Below are positions 15,950 through 24,777 of a DNA stretch of 50,544 nt, in pieces. Each line of letters opens with the position of its first letter. The first letter of the stretch is position 1. Under the pieces are notes generated by a model. It did not search any database. It saw nothing but the letters and a program-made list of their open reading frames with translations, and was not told the DNA's origin. Position numbers and translations under genes: made by a program. This stretch comes from a virus, in IMG/VR virus record IMGVR_UViG_3300007352_000005, positions 1-50,544 of that record, one strand, 5' to 3'.

Positions 15950-16894
15950 ATGTCAGTGATGGACAATTATCCCGGTGGTTTTAAAAACGGTATTTTGATT
16001 AGAGGTATGCCCCTTTCAGTTACACATCCGGGTAAAGTGTTTTGGGTGGGCAATAGTGCGTCTCTTCTAAGAGGCGAAAAAACTGCATCGAATGGTAATG
16101 ACGGGACGTATTACGCTCCTTTCGCTACTATTGATTATGCGGTGGGTATGTGCGCGGATAACCGTGGTGATGTAATTATGGTTAGACCGGGCCACACTGA
16201 GACTGTCACAGCTGCGGCTGGACTTGATTTGGATGTGATTGGTATTGCGTTGATTGGTCTGGGTGCCGGTAGTAACCGTCCCAAGATTAACTTCACTACC
16301 GCTACTACGGCGGATATGGACGTTGACGCTGCTAATATCACTATGTATAACTTTATCTTCACTGGTGGTGTAGATGCTTTGGCGGCTCCTATTGACGTCA
16401 ATGCTGCTGACTTCACGCTGTTGAATTGTGAATATAGGGATGTCACTGGACAAGCCACTGACGTTATTCTGGCTGACGCTAATGCGGACAGACTGACTAT
16501 TGATGGTTATTTCCATAATGGTGCTGCGGCTGCTGGCGGTAGTTCTGCCATTGCCCTCATCGGCATGGACAACCCGGTGATTAAAAACTTTAAGATTGTT
16601 GGTAATTTCTCAACTGGTGGTATTGATGTTCGTACTACGGCTGCGGTAGATGTTGACATCCACGATGGCTACATCTGGAATAAGAACGCTGCTGATATTG
16701 CGATTATTGACACGGTGACGGGCTCGACTGGTAAGATTGGTCCGAATCTGTATGCTATGTTGACGGATAATGCGGCTAACGTGACCGAAGCTTTCAGTGG
16801 CGCTACGTTCCATTATTTTGATAACATCTATGTTTGTAACCTTGCTGGTGAAAAGGCAATGCTTACTAACATTACAGCTACAACCGACGCGTAA
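15950..16894 (+). CDS. right-handed beta-helix (pectin-lyase-fold-like) virion protein
   Basis: Repetitive Gly/Asn/Asp/Ala-rich coils (IDVNAADFTLLNC, LTIDGYFHNG, IKNFKIVGNFSTGGIDV). 314 aa. Confidence 0.5.
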   Translation: MSVMDNYPGGFKNGILIRGMPLSVTHPGKVFWVGNSASLLRGEKTASNGNDGTYYAPFATIDYAVGMCADNRGDVIMVRPGHTETVTAAAGLDLDVIGIALIGLGAGSNRPKINFTTATTADMDVDAANITMYNFIFTGGVDALAAPIDVNAADFTLLNCEYRDVTGQATDVILADANADRLTIDGYFHNGAAAAGGSSAIALIGMDNPVIKNFKIVGNFSTGGIDVRTTAAVDVDIHDGYIWNKNAADIAIIDTVTGSTGKIGPNLYAMLTDNAANVTEAFSGATFHYFDNIYVCNLAGEKAMLTNITATTDA

Positions 16895-16902
16895 TAAGAA
16901 TT

Positions 16903-16928
16903 GGGGGAGGAGTTCCTCCCCCTTTTTA
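16903..16928 (+). terminator. intrinsic terminator, plus strand
   Basis: GGGGGAGG (16903-16910) pairs with CCTCCCCC (16915-16922), followed by a T5 run. Confidence 0.8.
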
Positions 16929-16939
16929 TAAGGAAACAC

Positions 16940-17566
16940 ATGAGAGCAAAACTTCTTGACCTAGACCCCGCTAATGCCAGTTTAACCGGGTTTTTAAGTA
17001 ACGCAACTGGAGCTACATGGGCATTAGACGCTACGTCTAGTGGCGATTCGTTGGCGCATCAAGTTAGTATTCGTAATGACAGTGCTACTGACCACTCCGC
17101 TAAGACAGCTATTCTTACTGGTACTGATGCAGATGGAAAAGCACAAACGGAAACAGTTAATCTACCAGCTGGTAGTGCTACAATAGAATCAACTAAATAC
17201 TTCCTGACCCTCACTTCAGTGGTTCCTTCTGCTACTATTGGTGCTGACACTATGGACATAGGTTGGGTGGATGAATTTACGTCACAGACAATCCCATTAA
17301 ACCATTATGCAAATAATGCGGCTTCTGTGCAAGTCACTGTTACAGGGACTATTAATTTTGATATAGAGGACACTCTTGAGAATCCTTTTGATGCTACGTT
17401 AGTAGACCAAGCTGCCCTAGATTGGCTAAATGACGCTAATTTTACAGCCAAAACTGCATCACTAGCTAATAACCTAAGCATGACGGGAGTGAGAGCTATA
17501 CGTGTAGTAGTGAATTCCTACACTGATACGGCTGAACTACAGGTATACATCACACAATCCGAATAA
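16940..17566 (+). CDS. hypothetical virion protein (208 aa)
   Basis: The track start at 16901 lies inside the terminator hairpin. The first ATG after it is at 16940 (MRAKLLDLDP). Confidence 0.55.
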   Translation: MRAKLLDLDPANASLTGFLSNATGATWALDATSSGDSLAHQVSIRNDSATDHSAKTAILTGTDADGKAQTETVNLPAGSATIESTKYFLTLTSVVPSATIGADTMDIGWVDEFTSQTIPLNHYANNAASVQVTVTGTINFDIEDTLENPFDATLVDQAALDWLNDANFTAKTASLANNLSMTGVRAIRVVVNSYTDTAELQVYITQSE

Positions 17567-17570
17567 GCTA

Positions 17571-17903
17571 ATGGGTATTAAAACATATGCTAAACTTTTC
17601 TCATACAATGTAATCTGTCAGGTATGTAGGAAGAAGATAAAGGTAGAAGAGTCCTTTAAGAGATGGGACGGACTGATTGTATGTTCTCAGGATATGGAAG
17701 AGAGACATCCTCTGGACATGCCTCGTCCTCCATTAAAAGGACCAGTGCCTATATCACCTACAAGCCCAGAACCGGCTGACACATTTAGCAACTCATGTTC
17801 TACTAACACATCTGTAGCAGATGCAGCTGTTGCTGAGTGCATGATAGCAGATGTAGATAATGACCTTAGATATTTACAAGGCACCTTTGGGAGTTACTTA
17901 TAA
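17571..17903 (+). CDS. hypothetical protein with a CxxC...C motif (110 aa)
   Basis: ORF coupled to the fibre gene by a shared TAATG. Confidence 0.5.
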   Translation: MGIKTYAKLFSYNVICQVCRKKIKVEESFKRWDGLIVCSQDMEERHPLDMPRPPLKGPVPISPTSPEPADTFSNSCSTNTSVADAAVAECMIADVDNDLRYLQGTFGSYL

Positions 17904-19474
17904 TGGCATTACAAGGTTTTGTTAGTTACGTCACAAAAGTAACTGCTACTTGGCTTAATAAGATGGATACGTTGTTTGTCACTGTGTTTGGGGAAGCCCA
18001 AACTAAGGAGACAGCACGTACTGCACTATATTCCGACTTAACCCCGGCAGCAGATAAGCTGCCCTATTTTGCTACAGATAGCACCACACTACTCACAAGT
18101 CTGTCTACTTTTGGCCGTAGTTTAATTGACGATGCTGCGGCCAGTAATGCCCGTACTACTTTAGGGGTGGTTATTGGCACAGATGTACAGGCATACGACG
18201 CATCTCTTACAAGCCTAGCCACATTAGCTACGGCTGCAGATAAAATAGCCTACACTACAGCTGCCGATACATGGGCAGAGACCGCCATCACTACATTCGG
18301 TAGAAGCCTTATAGATGATGCCGCTGCCTCTAACGCGAGAACAACTCTTGGTTTAGGAACGTCCGCAGTTATAGATACTGGAACATCTGGTACTAAGGTG
18401 GCCCTAACTGACGGAGCAAACACATGGTCTGCGGACCAAACTCTCCAATCTACAGACGCTGGAGCTACAGTTGGTCCTACTCTAATACTAGACCGTAATA
18501 GCGCATCGCCAGCCGCCGCAGACGTACTTGGGGCCATTCCATTCAAAGGGCGTGACTCTGGGGCCGGAACAGATACATACGCCCAGATTCAAGCAGAGAT
18601 TGTTGATGCTACTGCCACAAGCGAAGATGGAAAATTAGCCTTTCAAACAGCTGTTGCTGGAACCTTAGCGACCAGAGGATACGCCCAAAACGGCTTAGTG
18701 TGGGGGTCAGCTACAGGAGGGGACCAAGGCGCAGGTACTATTAATGCAGTAGGAATTTATGATGATGGCGTGTTGCTTACTCCAGCCGCTGCCGCCACCC
18801 AATCCCAAATCCAAGCAGAGTCCAGTAACGTTGTTTTTGCAACCCCGAGCAACCTGAAATATCGCTTGGGCAGTTTAGACCCTGAAACCAAGCACGAATT
18901 TTACGAAGATTTTAATAGCGAGCGCGCTTCGGGAAGTTTCTCGGAAGGCTGGTCTATTATTGCTGGCGGTTTAACTGGGATTGCCGGTCGGGGTGGCGTT
19001 GCTCGGTTTAGTGATAGCGGCGTGAATATGTCGGTACAGCTTGCGAACAGCGCGACTACGTTGCCGTGGATTACGTCTAAAAACCCGGTCATGAAAGTCC
19101 GCATGGCGAACTACGGCTCGACCGGCGGCACCCGTCGTATCGCGTTGACTGACGGTTCTCCGGAGGGGGGGACTATCCATACCGTTCAGCTTCGTTGGAC
19201 ACCCGGTACAAATCTTATTCTCGCTTGTCGTGCCGGTGGTTCGGAAAGCACGCTGGACTCAGGCGTGGCAATGGAAACGGGCGGGACGTTTCACACCGCC
19301 AAGGTTGTTGTCACTGGCACAACGAGCGTCGAGCTTTTCGTGGATGGTGTATCGAAAGGAACAGTCACAACGAACATCCCAACCAATGCGATGCTTATGT
19401 GGCTGCTGCTATCCGGTTCGGCAGCGGCGAACGGCATAGACGTTGACTATATCCAAGTTGTTTCTGACCGATAG
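17903..19474 (+). CDS. tail fibre protein with a C-terminal lectin/LamG-like receptor-binding domain
   Basis: N-terminal fibre-type repeats (FGRSLIDDAAASNARTTLG, twice), a Gly/Ala/Thr-rich shaft, and a C-terminal jelly-roll-like segment TFHTAKVVVTGTTSVELFVDGVSKG. Confidence 0.75.
   Translation: MALQGFVSYVTKVTATWLNKMDTLFVTVFGEAQTKETARTALYSDLTPAADKLPYFATDSTTLLTSLSTFGRSLIDDAAASNARTTLGVVIGTDVQAYDASLTSLATLATAADKIAYTTAADTWAETAITTFGRSLIDDAAASNARTTLGLGTSAVIDTGTSGTKVALTDGANTWSADQTLQSTDAGATVGPTLILDRNSASPAAADVLGAIPFKGRDSGAGTDTYAQIQAEIVDATATSEDGKLAFQTAVAGTLATRGYAQNGLVWGSATGGDQGAGTINAVGIYDDGVLLTPAAAATQSQIQAESSNVVFATPSNLKYRLGSLDPETKHEFYEDFNSERASGSFSEGWSIIAGGLTGIAGRGGVARFSDSGVNMSVQLANSATTLPWITSKNPVMKVRMANYGSTGGTRRIALTDGSPEGGTIHTVQLRWTPGTNLILACRAGGSESTLDSGVAMETGGTFHTAKVVVTGTTSVELFVDGVSKGTVTTNIPTNAMLMWLLLSGSAAANGIDVDYIQVVSDR
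18107..18352 (+). repeat. two copies of a 20-aa peptide repeat (18107-18166 and 18293-18352) inside the fibre gene
   Basis: TFGRSLIDDAAASNARTTLG is identical at the protein level, while 17 of 20 codons differ. Confidence 0.95.
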
Positions 19475-19486
19475 GAGCATCCAGCC

Positions 19487-19957
19487 ATGTACGCGCTAAA
19501 AAACGGCACACCGAATTTCAGGGAAGTTCCTGATGACTACGTCGCACAGGCAGGGGAAACACTTACTTCTGTTTATCCGACTTCCGATAATTACCCGCCG
19601 TTGTGCTGGGCAGGAAAGATTAAAGCCCTCAGTGCATCCTGCAAAGCCGAGATTCTCGCCGGTTTCGTTTCGTCCGCCCTTGGTGCTGCCTACAAATACG
19701 ACGGTGACCTTGAATCGCAGCTTAACCTCGCCGGGGCCAAGGACTACGCCGTGACGAACAACGTCAACGTGGACTTCACCTGCACCAAGCAAGCGACTGG
19801 TGTAAAGGCCGCCGTGACGCACACACCCGCGCAGATTCAGCAAGCGTTCAACGACGGGGCCGTGTTCAAGATGGCGCGGCTGTCGAAGTTCCGCACGCTC
19901 AAGGCTCAGGTGGAAGCGGCGGCGACTGTAGCGGATGTTAAGGCGGTGACGTGGTGA
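19487..19957 (+). CDS. tail-fibre-associated protein (assembly/chaperone-like, DUF4376-like)
   Basis: Directly downstream of the fibre gene and shares its elevated G+C. The pattern KALSASCKAEILAGFVSSALGAAYKYDGDLESQLNL resembles DUF4376, recalled from memory. Confidence 0.45.
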   Translation: MYALKNGTPNFREVPDDYVAQAGETLTSVYPTSDNYPPLCWAGKIKALSASCKAEILAGFVSSALGAAYKYDGDLESQLNLAGAKDYAVTNNVNVDFTCTKQATGVKAAVTHTPAQIQQAFNDGAVFKMARLSKFRTLKAQVEAAATVADVKAVTW

Positions 19958-20280
19958 TACTTCTCTGCGCCCTCGGCCTGTTCTACGCAACATGGCTGTT
20001 CTATCTAGCCGTGATGAATCTAAAGAGGGCCAAGGATGCAGGGACGTTATCTACTACTGCCTTGGTTATGGGCTACCCATTATTGCTGATTGGCCTTGCT
20101 CTTGATTGTCTACTCAATCTCACGGTAATGACTGTGTTGTTATTGGAGCTTCCCAAGGAATTACTAGTTACTGCACGGCTAAAGAGACACGCGCCGGAAC
20201 AGACATGGCGTGGTTCAGTTGCTCGCTGGCTTGCAAAGCACCTACTTGACACATTCGACCCTAGTGGAAAACACATCTAA
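19951..20280 (+). CDS. membrane protein (109 aa, 2-3 TM) embedded in the tail module
   Basis: GTG start. Hydrophobic spans LLCALGLFYATWLFYLAVM and ALVMGYPLLLIGLALDCLLNLTVMTVLLL. Confidence 0.5.
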   Translation: MVILLCALGLFYATWLFYLAVMNLKRAKDAGTLSTTALVMGYPLLLIGLALDCLLNLTVMTVLLLELPKELLVTARLKRHAPEQTWRGSVARWLAKHLLDTFDPSGKHI

Positions 20281-21227
20281 TGGCTACTTCAGGCACCACA
20301 TCCTTTGCTTCTAATAGAAACCAATTACTAACTGATGCTCTAATTGACGCTGGCATTGTTGCTGTAGGCGTTACGCCAGAATCAGACATCATGGCGTTTG
20401 CTGCTCGTAAACTAAACATGATGCTTAAGGCATGGCAAGCGGATGCTATGCAACTATGGAAACTTAGAGAAACTACCCTCTTCCTAGAATACAATGACAA
20501 CTCCTATCAGTTAGGTGGTACAGGACAACACTCCACTGAATCATTCACCACCACTACGATAGCCACTGCTGCTGTTGCTGCCGACACTTCTATTGTCGTA
20601 GACAGCACCACAGGAATGACCGCTGCTGACTACGTTGGTGTTGAACTAGACGATGGCAGTATGCATTGGACTACTGTAGCATCGGTGACTAATAGCACTA
20701 CCTTTGTTCTCACTACAGCTATCCCTACGGGAGACACTGTAGCCGTGGATAACACAGTGTATTTCTACACCACTAAGGCTCCGCGCCCTTTGGCCATTAT
20801 GGACCTAGTGGTACGTAACGAATCTAATGAGGATGTTCCTGCTACCCTTATTTCTAGAGAGGAGTATTATGCCTTTGGGGATAAAACTACCACGGGTACT
20901 CCGACACAGTTCTTCTTTAATCCTTCTCTGACAAACTCTACTTTGAAGGTATACCCCACTCCATCTGATGGAAAACATAGGCTTGTTTATACAGGGCAGT
21001 ATTCCATAGAAGATATGACGTCAGCTAATGATAGTTTTGACTTTCCTCAGGAATGGCAACTAGCTGTGCAACTGAACCTAGCTGTTCTTCTCACTCCCTC
21101 CTATGCCACCAATACAGCTGAATTTAAGAAACTTAAACTCTTGGCTGATGAGGAGAAAAAGAGAGTGATGGGATGGGACAAGGAACAGACCAGTATGTAT
21201 ATTCAACCAGCTAAACATGGCAGATAA
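20280..21227 (+). CDS. head-to-tail adaptor (P22 gp4-like N-terminus)
   Basis: NQLLTDALIDAGIVAVGVTPESDIMAFAARKLNMMLKAWQADAMQLW follows the gp4 pattern (L..AL..LGV...T....A...L..M...W), recalled from memory. Confidence 0.45.
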   Translation: MATSGTTSFASNRNQLLTDALIDAGIVAVGVTPESDIMAFAARKLNMMLKAWQADAMQLWKLRETTLFLEYNDNSYQLGGTGQHSTESFTTTTIATAAVAADTSIVVDSTTGMTAADYVGVELDDGSMHWTTVASVTNSTTFVLTTAIPTGDTVAVDNTVYFYTTKAPRPLAIMDLVVRNESNEDVPATLISREEYYAFGDKTTTGTPTQFFFNPSLTNSTLKVYPTPSDGKHRLVYTGQYSIEDMTSANDSFDFPQEWQLAVQLNLAVLLTPSYATNTAEFKKLKLLADEEKKRVMGWDKEQTSMYIQPAKHGR

Positions 21228-21229
21228 CT

Positions 21230-22450
21230 ATGACGACACAGGCATTTGTAAGTAGCTTCACACCTATTCTCACTAACAGTGGCGCAGTTAATGCCAGTGG
21301 TACGCTTGAATTCTATTCTCCGGGCACAGCCTTCGCTACAACCAAAGCGGTATATTCTGATTCCTCGTTAGCTACTTCTCTAGGAGTTACGGCTACTCTA
21401 GACAGTGCCGGACGTAAGGCTATATTCCTTGACGGCAATTATGATTTAAAGATTAAGGATAGCACAGGGTCCTTAATCACTACATTATATAATATTAACC
21501 CCGACACCACCTCTACGTCCACAGACCCGAACATAATTCTGAATGGTAGCTTTGAGAACTCTACAGGCGGTGCGCCGGATAGCTGGACTCTTACAGATTA
21601 TAATAGTGGCGCTAACTCTGTAGTTAGCAGTGCTTCGTATCATGGGAAATATTCCATGAAATTTGTATCAGCTGGAAGTGGCGGAGGGTATATAACTACT
21701 ACTGCCTTTTTTCCTGTATCTCTGGGCAGACAATTAAAACTTAAGTTTGCCTACAAATCGTCTGTAGCTAATGTGCGAAATTTAGTAGAAGTGTTATGGT
21801 ATGACGCAGACCAAGTTGCGTACAGTACTCCTTCTACTACTATTATGGATGATAGTACAACAAACCCTACGTCCTTCACGCAAAAGACATATCAAGTTGT
21901 TCCTATTTCTGGAGCATACTTTGCTAAACTAAGATTCACGGGCTGCCATAGCAGCAATGCTACTTCTGGTAGTACATGGTTTGACGGCATCTCATTAGTA
22001 GAAGAGACCGTAGAAGCTGGAACAATCAAGCCATTCGGTAGCACCACTGTTCCTTCAGGTTGGTTAGCTTGCGACGGAACCGCCGTATCTCGTACCACTT
22101 ATTCGACCCTCTTCACAGCTATTGGTACTACCTTTGGTGTTGGCGATGGTAGCACTACGTTTAACGTCCCGGATATTAGGGGCAGAGCTCCGATAGGTAA
22201 TGGTACTGGAAGTGGACTTACAGCTCGCACTATAGCAGCTACTGTCGGTGCTGAAACCCACACACTTACTACGGCTGAAATGCCAGCCCATACGCATGCT
22301 GTCAACGCAGGTGGAGGCACTCGTCCGGAAGGAGCTGGTGCTAGTAACGCTACTGACACCTCCTCTCAGACCTCCACCTCAACGGGTGGCGGAGCCGCGC
22401 ATAATAACATGCAGCCGTCCTTAGTGCTAGCATTTATAATTAAAACCTAA
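21230..22450 (+). CDS. tail fibre with a carbohydrate-binding-module-like middle and a C-terminal phage tail collar domain
   Basis: GWLACDGTAVSRTTYSTLFTAIGTTFGVGDGSTTFNVPDIRGRAPIG and THTLTTAEMPAHTH form the classic collar domain. NGSFENSTGGAPDSWTL is CBM-like. Confidence 0.8.
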   Translation: MTTQAFVSSFTPILTNSGAVNASGTLEFYSPGTAFATTKAVYSDSSLATSLGVTATLDSAGRKAIFLDGNYDLKIKDSTGSLITTLYNINPDTTSTSTDPNIILNGSFENSTGGAPDSWTLTDYNSGANSVVSSASYHGKYSMKFVSAGSGGGYITTTAFFPVSLGRQLKLKFAYKSSVANVRNLVEVLWYDADQVAYSTPSTTIMDDSTTNPTSFTQKTYQVVPISGAYFAKLRFTGCHSSNATSGSTWFDGISLVEETVEAGTIKPFGSTTVPSGWLACDGTAVSRTTYSTLFTAIGTTFGVGDGSTTFNVPDIRGRAPIGNGTGSGLTARTIAATVGAETHTLTTAEMPAHTHAVNAGGGTRPEGAGASNATDTSSQTSTSTGGGAAHNNMQPSLVLAFIIKT

Positions 22451-23883
22451 TGATAGTCGAATTGCCTTTATATCGTAAGGGATACTTTGGGGATAGTAGC
22501 GCCATTAATTCTCAACGGTGCATAAACCTATTTCCTGAGATAGTTGAGGGAGAAGTAGACTCCAAGATAGCTCTAATTAATACCTCTGGTTTACGTAAGC
22601 TAGGTGATATAGGCACTGGTCCAATTAGAGGCATGGTGGAACATCTAGGAGATGTGTTTGTAGTTAGCCGTAATGAGCTATATAAATACACTACTACAGG
22701 AACCAAAACACTAATAGGCACCCTTAATACTTCTGGAGGCTCTGTCTCAATGGCCTCTAACGGTGTCTCAGGGGGGGAGATTATAATCGTAGACGGAGTG
22801 GATGGCTGGACTTATGACGGCACCACACTAGCTACAATTAGTGACGCAGATTTTCCAGTGTCCCCGACTAAGGTGATATTCTTTGATGGCTACTTCATCG
22901 TACTAGATGACAACTCTGATTACTTCTACTTGTCAGCTGCGTATGACGGTACTTCATGGAGCAACCTTGACAAAGCTCGTACAGAACGTGACCCGGACAA
23001 TATTCTAGCTGTAGCAGCACATGACAGAATGGTGTGGTTTATCGGAGAAACTACCACAGAGCTTTGGTATAACAGTGGGAATGATTTTCCGTTTGACCCG
23101 GTTCCCAACTCTATCATTGAGGTGGGTATACACGCTCCTGATTCCTTGTCCCACCTAGGAGATGAGGGACTTATCTGGCTTGCTAGTGACGAGAAGGGTA
23201 AGTTACAGGTTGTTAAATCTGAGGGAACTAAAGTAAAGAGCGTAACTCCTTCGTCTATTCAATCTATCTTTGAAACCTATTCCACCACTGATGATGCTAT
23301 ATCGTTTGCATATCAGGAAAGAGGACACATATTCTACCAACTAACTTTTCAAACTGAGAAAAAAACTTGGGTGTACGACGTCACCTCGGATGCTTGGCAT
23401 GAAAAGAAAGATTTTGTAGCTTTAAGACATAGGGCTCAAAACTACATATTCTTTAATAAGATGCATACTGTTGGTGACTTTGAAAATGGTAATATATACG
23501 AACTAGATATTAATACGTACACGGATAATAGTGAGACTATTTATAGAGAATTCACTACTAGCCATGTAGCTGATAAAGGCCAACTCCTGAGGCATAATTA
23601 CCTGGAGTTGGTGGTGGAGACAGGTGCCACGGCTCTCCTGTCAGGGCAGGGCTACTCTCCTATTATAACTATGGAATTCTCCGATGATGACGGGAATACG
23701 TGGAGTAATGCGCGCAGCAGGTCACTAGGAGTACAGGGAGCATACAAACAGAACATACGTTGGACCCATTTAGGAACCACTAGAAACAGAGTGTACAAGT
23801 TTAAGCTGTCTGACCCTATTAGAATTAGAATCAAGGCTCTCCTGCTCAGTTTGCCAGATGAGAAAGTGGAGCGTAGTACCTAA
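22450..23883 (+). CDS. tail hub / stabilisation protein (P22 gp10-like)
   Basis: 477 aa. The beta-propeller-like repeat pattern, N-terminal LPLYRKGYFGDSSAINSQRCINLFPE and C-terminal VYKFKL...IRIKALLL run parallel to P22 gp10, recalled from memory. Confidence 0.55.
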   Translation: MIVELPLYRKGYFGDSSAINSQRCINLFPEIVEGEVDSKIALINTSGLRKLGDIGTGPIRGMVEHLGDVFVVSRNELYKYTTTGTKTLIGTLNTSGGSVSMASNGVSGGEIIIVDGVDGWTYDGTTLATISDADFPVSPTKVIFFDGYFIVLDDNSDYFYLSAAYDGTSWSNLDKARTERDPDNILAVAAHDRMVWFIGETTTELWYNSGNDFPFDPVPNSIIEVGIHAPDSLSHLGDEGLIWLASDEKGKLQVVKSEGTKVKSVTPSSIQSIFETYSTTDDAISFAYQERGHIFYQLTFQTEKKTWVYDVTSDAWHEKKDFVALRHRAQNYIFFNKMHTVGDFENGNIYELDINTYTDNSETIYREFTTSHVADKGQLLRHNYLELVVETGATALLSGQGYSPIITMEFSDDDGNTWSNARSRSLGVQGAYKQNIRWTHLGTTRNRVYKFKLSDPIRIRIKALLLSLPDEKVERST

Positions 23884-24224
23884 TGGCAAAGATTACAACG
23901 AAAGGAATTTCTCCTCCTATCGAGGACAGGGAAATGTGGTTTAAGGTGATAGCTGATAACTTCCCTTATCTTAGAGTGTATTCAGAGTCTCTTAATCCTA
24001 CAGCAGTAGGAGCTAACAGTGAAGATACACAAACCTTCACTATTACAGGGCTTAGCACGAATGACGTAGTGTTTATGAATCCACCCGCATTAGACACAGG
24101 AATAGGGATTATGTATTATAGAGTGAGCGCTGCTGATACATTGCAGATTAGATTTAGAAACTTTACTGGTGGTAGCATAAATCCTGCTGCCGGTACCTAC
24201 AATATTGTAGCAATCAGGAAATAA
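23883..24224 (+). CDS. hypothetical virion protein (113 aa, beta-rich)
   Basis: Coupled to the upstream gene (TAATG). Confidence 0.55.
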   Translation: MAKITTKGISPPIEDREMWFKVIADNFPYLRVYSESLNPTAVGANSEDTQTFTITGLSTNDVVFMNPPALDTGIGIMYYRVSAADTLQIRFRNFTGGSINPAAGTYNIVAIRK

Positions 24225-24226
24225 CT

Positions 24227-24772
24227 ATGGGCTTATTTGATTTTGTTGGAGATATCCTCGGAGCACCGGGAGAAGGTGATATTAATAGGGGCACTAACGA
24301 GGGCTTAGGCCTATCAAAAGAGCAATTTAATATTGCTAGGGGAGAGCTACAGCCGTTTATAGACTTTGGTAAGACCCAAGGTATGGAAGGGCTAAAGTCA
24401 TTGATGGCTTCTCCTTCTTCTATTACAGAAACTCCTTGGTACCAATTTAGCATGTCAGAGGGACTTAGAGGACTACAGAATAAAGCTCTTGCTGGCGGTA
24501 AATTCTTCTCTGGACAAACGACTAGAGACGTTCTGAAGTTCTCGCAGGGCCTTGCTTCACAAGAATATGGAAATGAGTTTAATAGACGGTTTTCATTAGC
24601 ACAATTAGGGCAATCGTCTGCTGGAGCATTAGCTGGTGCGTCTGTCCAGACAGGCAACACTTTAGCTACATTAGCTATGACTAGAGGACAAGACTTAGCG
24701 TCAGCTAAGGGCGGAGTACTTGAAGGCCTATTTAGTTTAGGAGGGGCGACCAAAGGCTTTGGTCTGTTTTAA
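24227..24772 (+). CDS. internal virion / ejection protein (putative, 181 aa)
   Basis: Gly/Ala/Ser/Gln-rich. Lies downstream of the hub gene. Confidence 0.45.
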   Translation: MGLFDFVGDILGAPGEGDINRGTNEGLGLSKEQFNIARGELQPFIDFGKTQGMEGLKSLMASPSSITETPWYQFSMSEGLRGLQNKALAGGKFFSGQTTRDVLKFSQGLASQEYGNEFNRRFSLAQLGQSSAGALAGASVQTGNTLATLAMTRGQDLASAKGGVLEGLFSLGGATKGFGLF

Positions 24773-24777
24773 ATAAT

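Noticed and set aside
19195-19993. Cluster of overlapping ORFs (19195..19446 +, 19230..19439 +, 19533..19754 +, 19496..19993 -)
   Set aside because: They are by-products of the locally high G+C, which depletes stop codons in every frame. Their Arg/Gly/Pro-rich translations look non-protein-like. The fibre gene and 19487..19957 account for the region.
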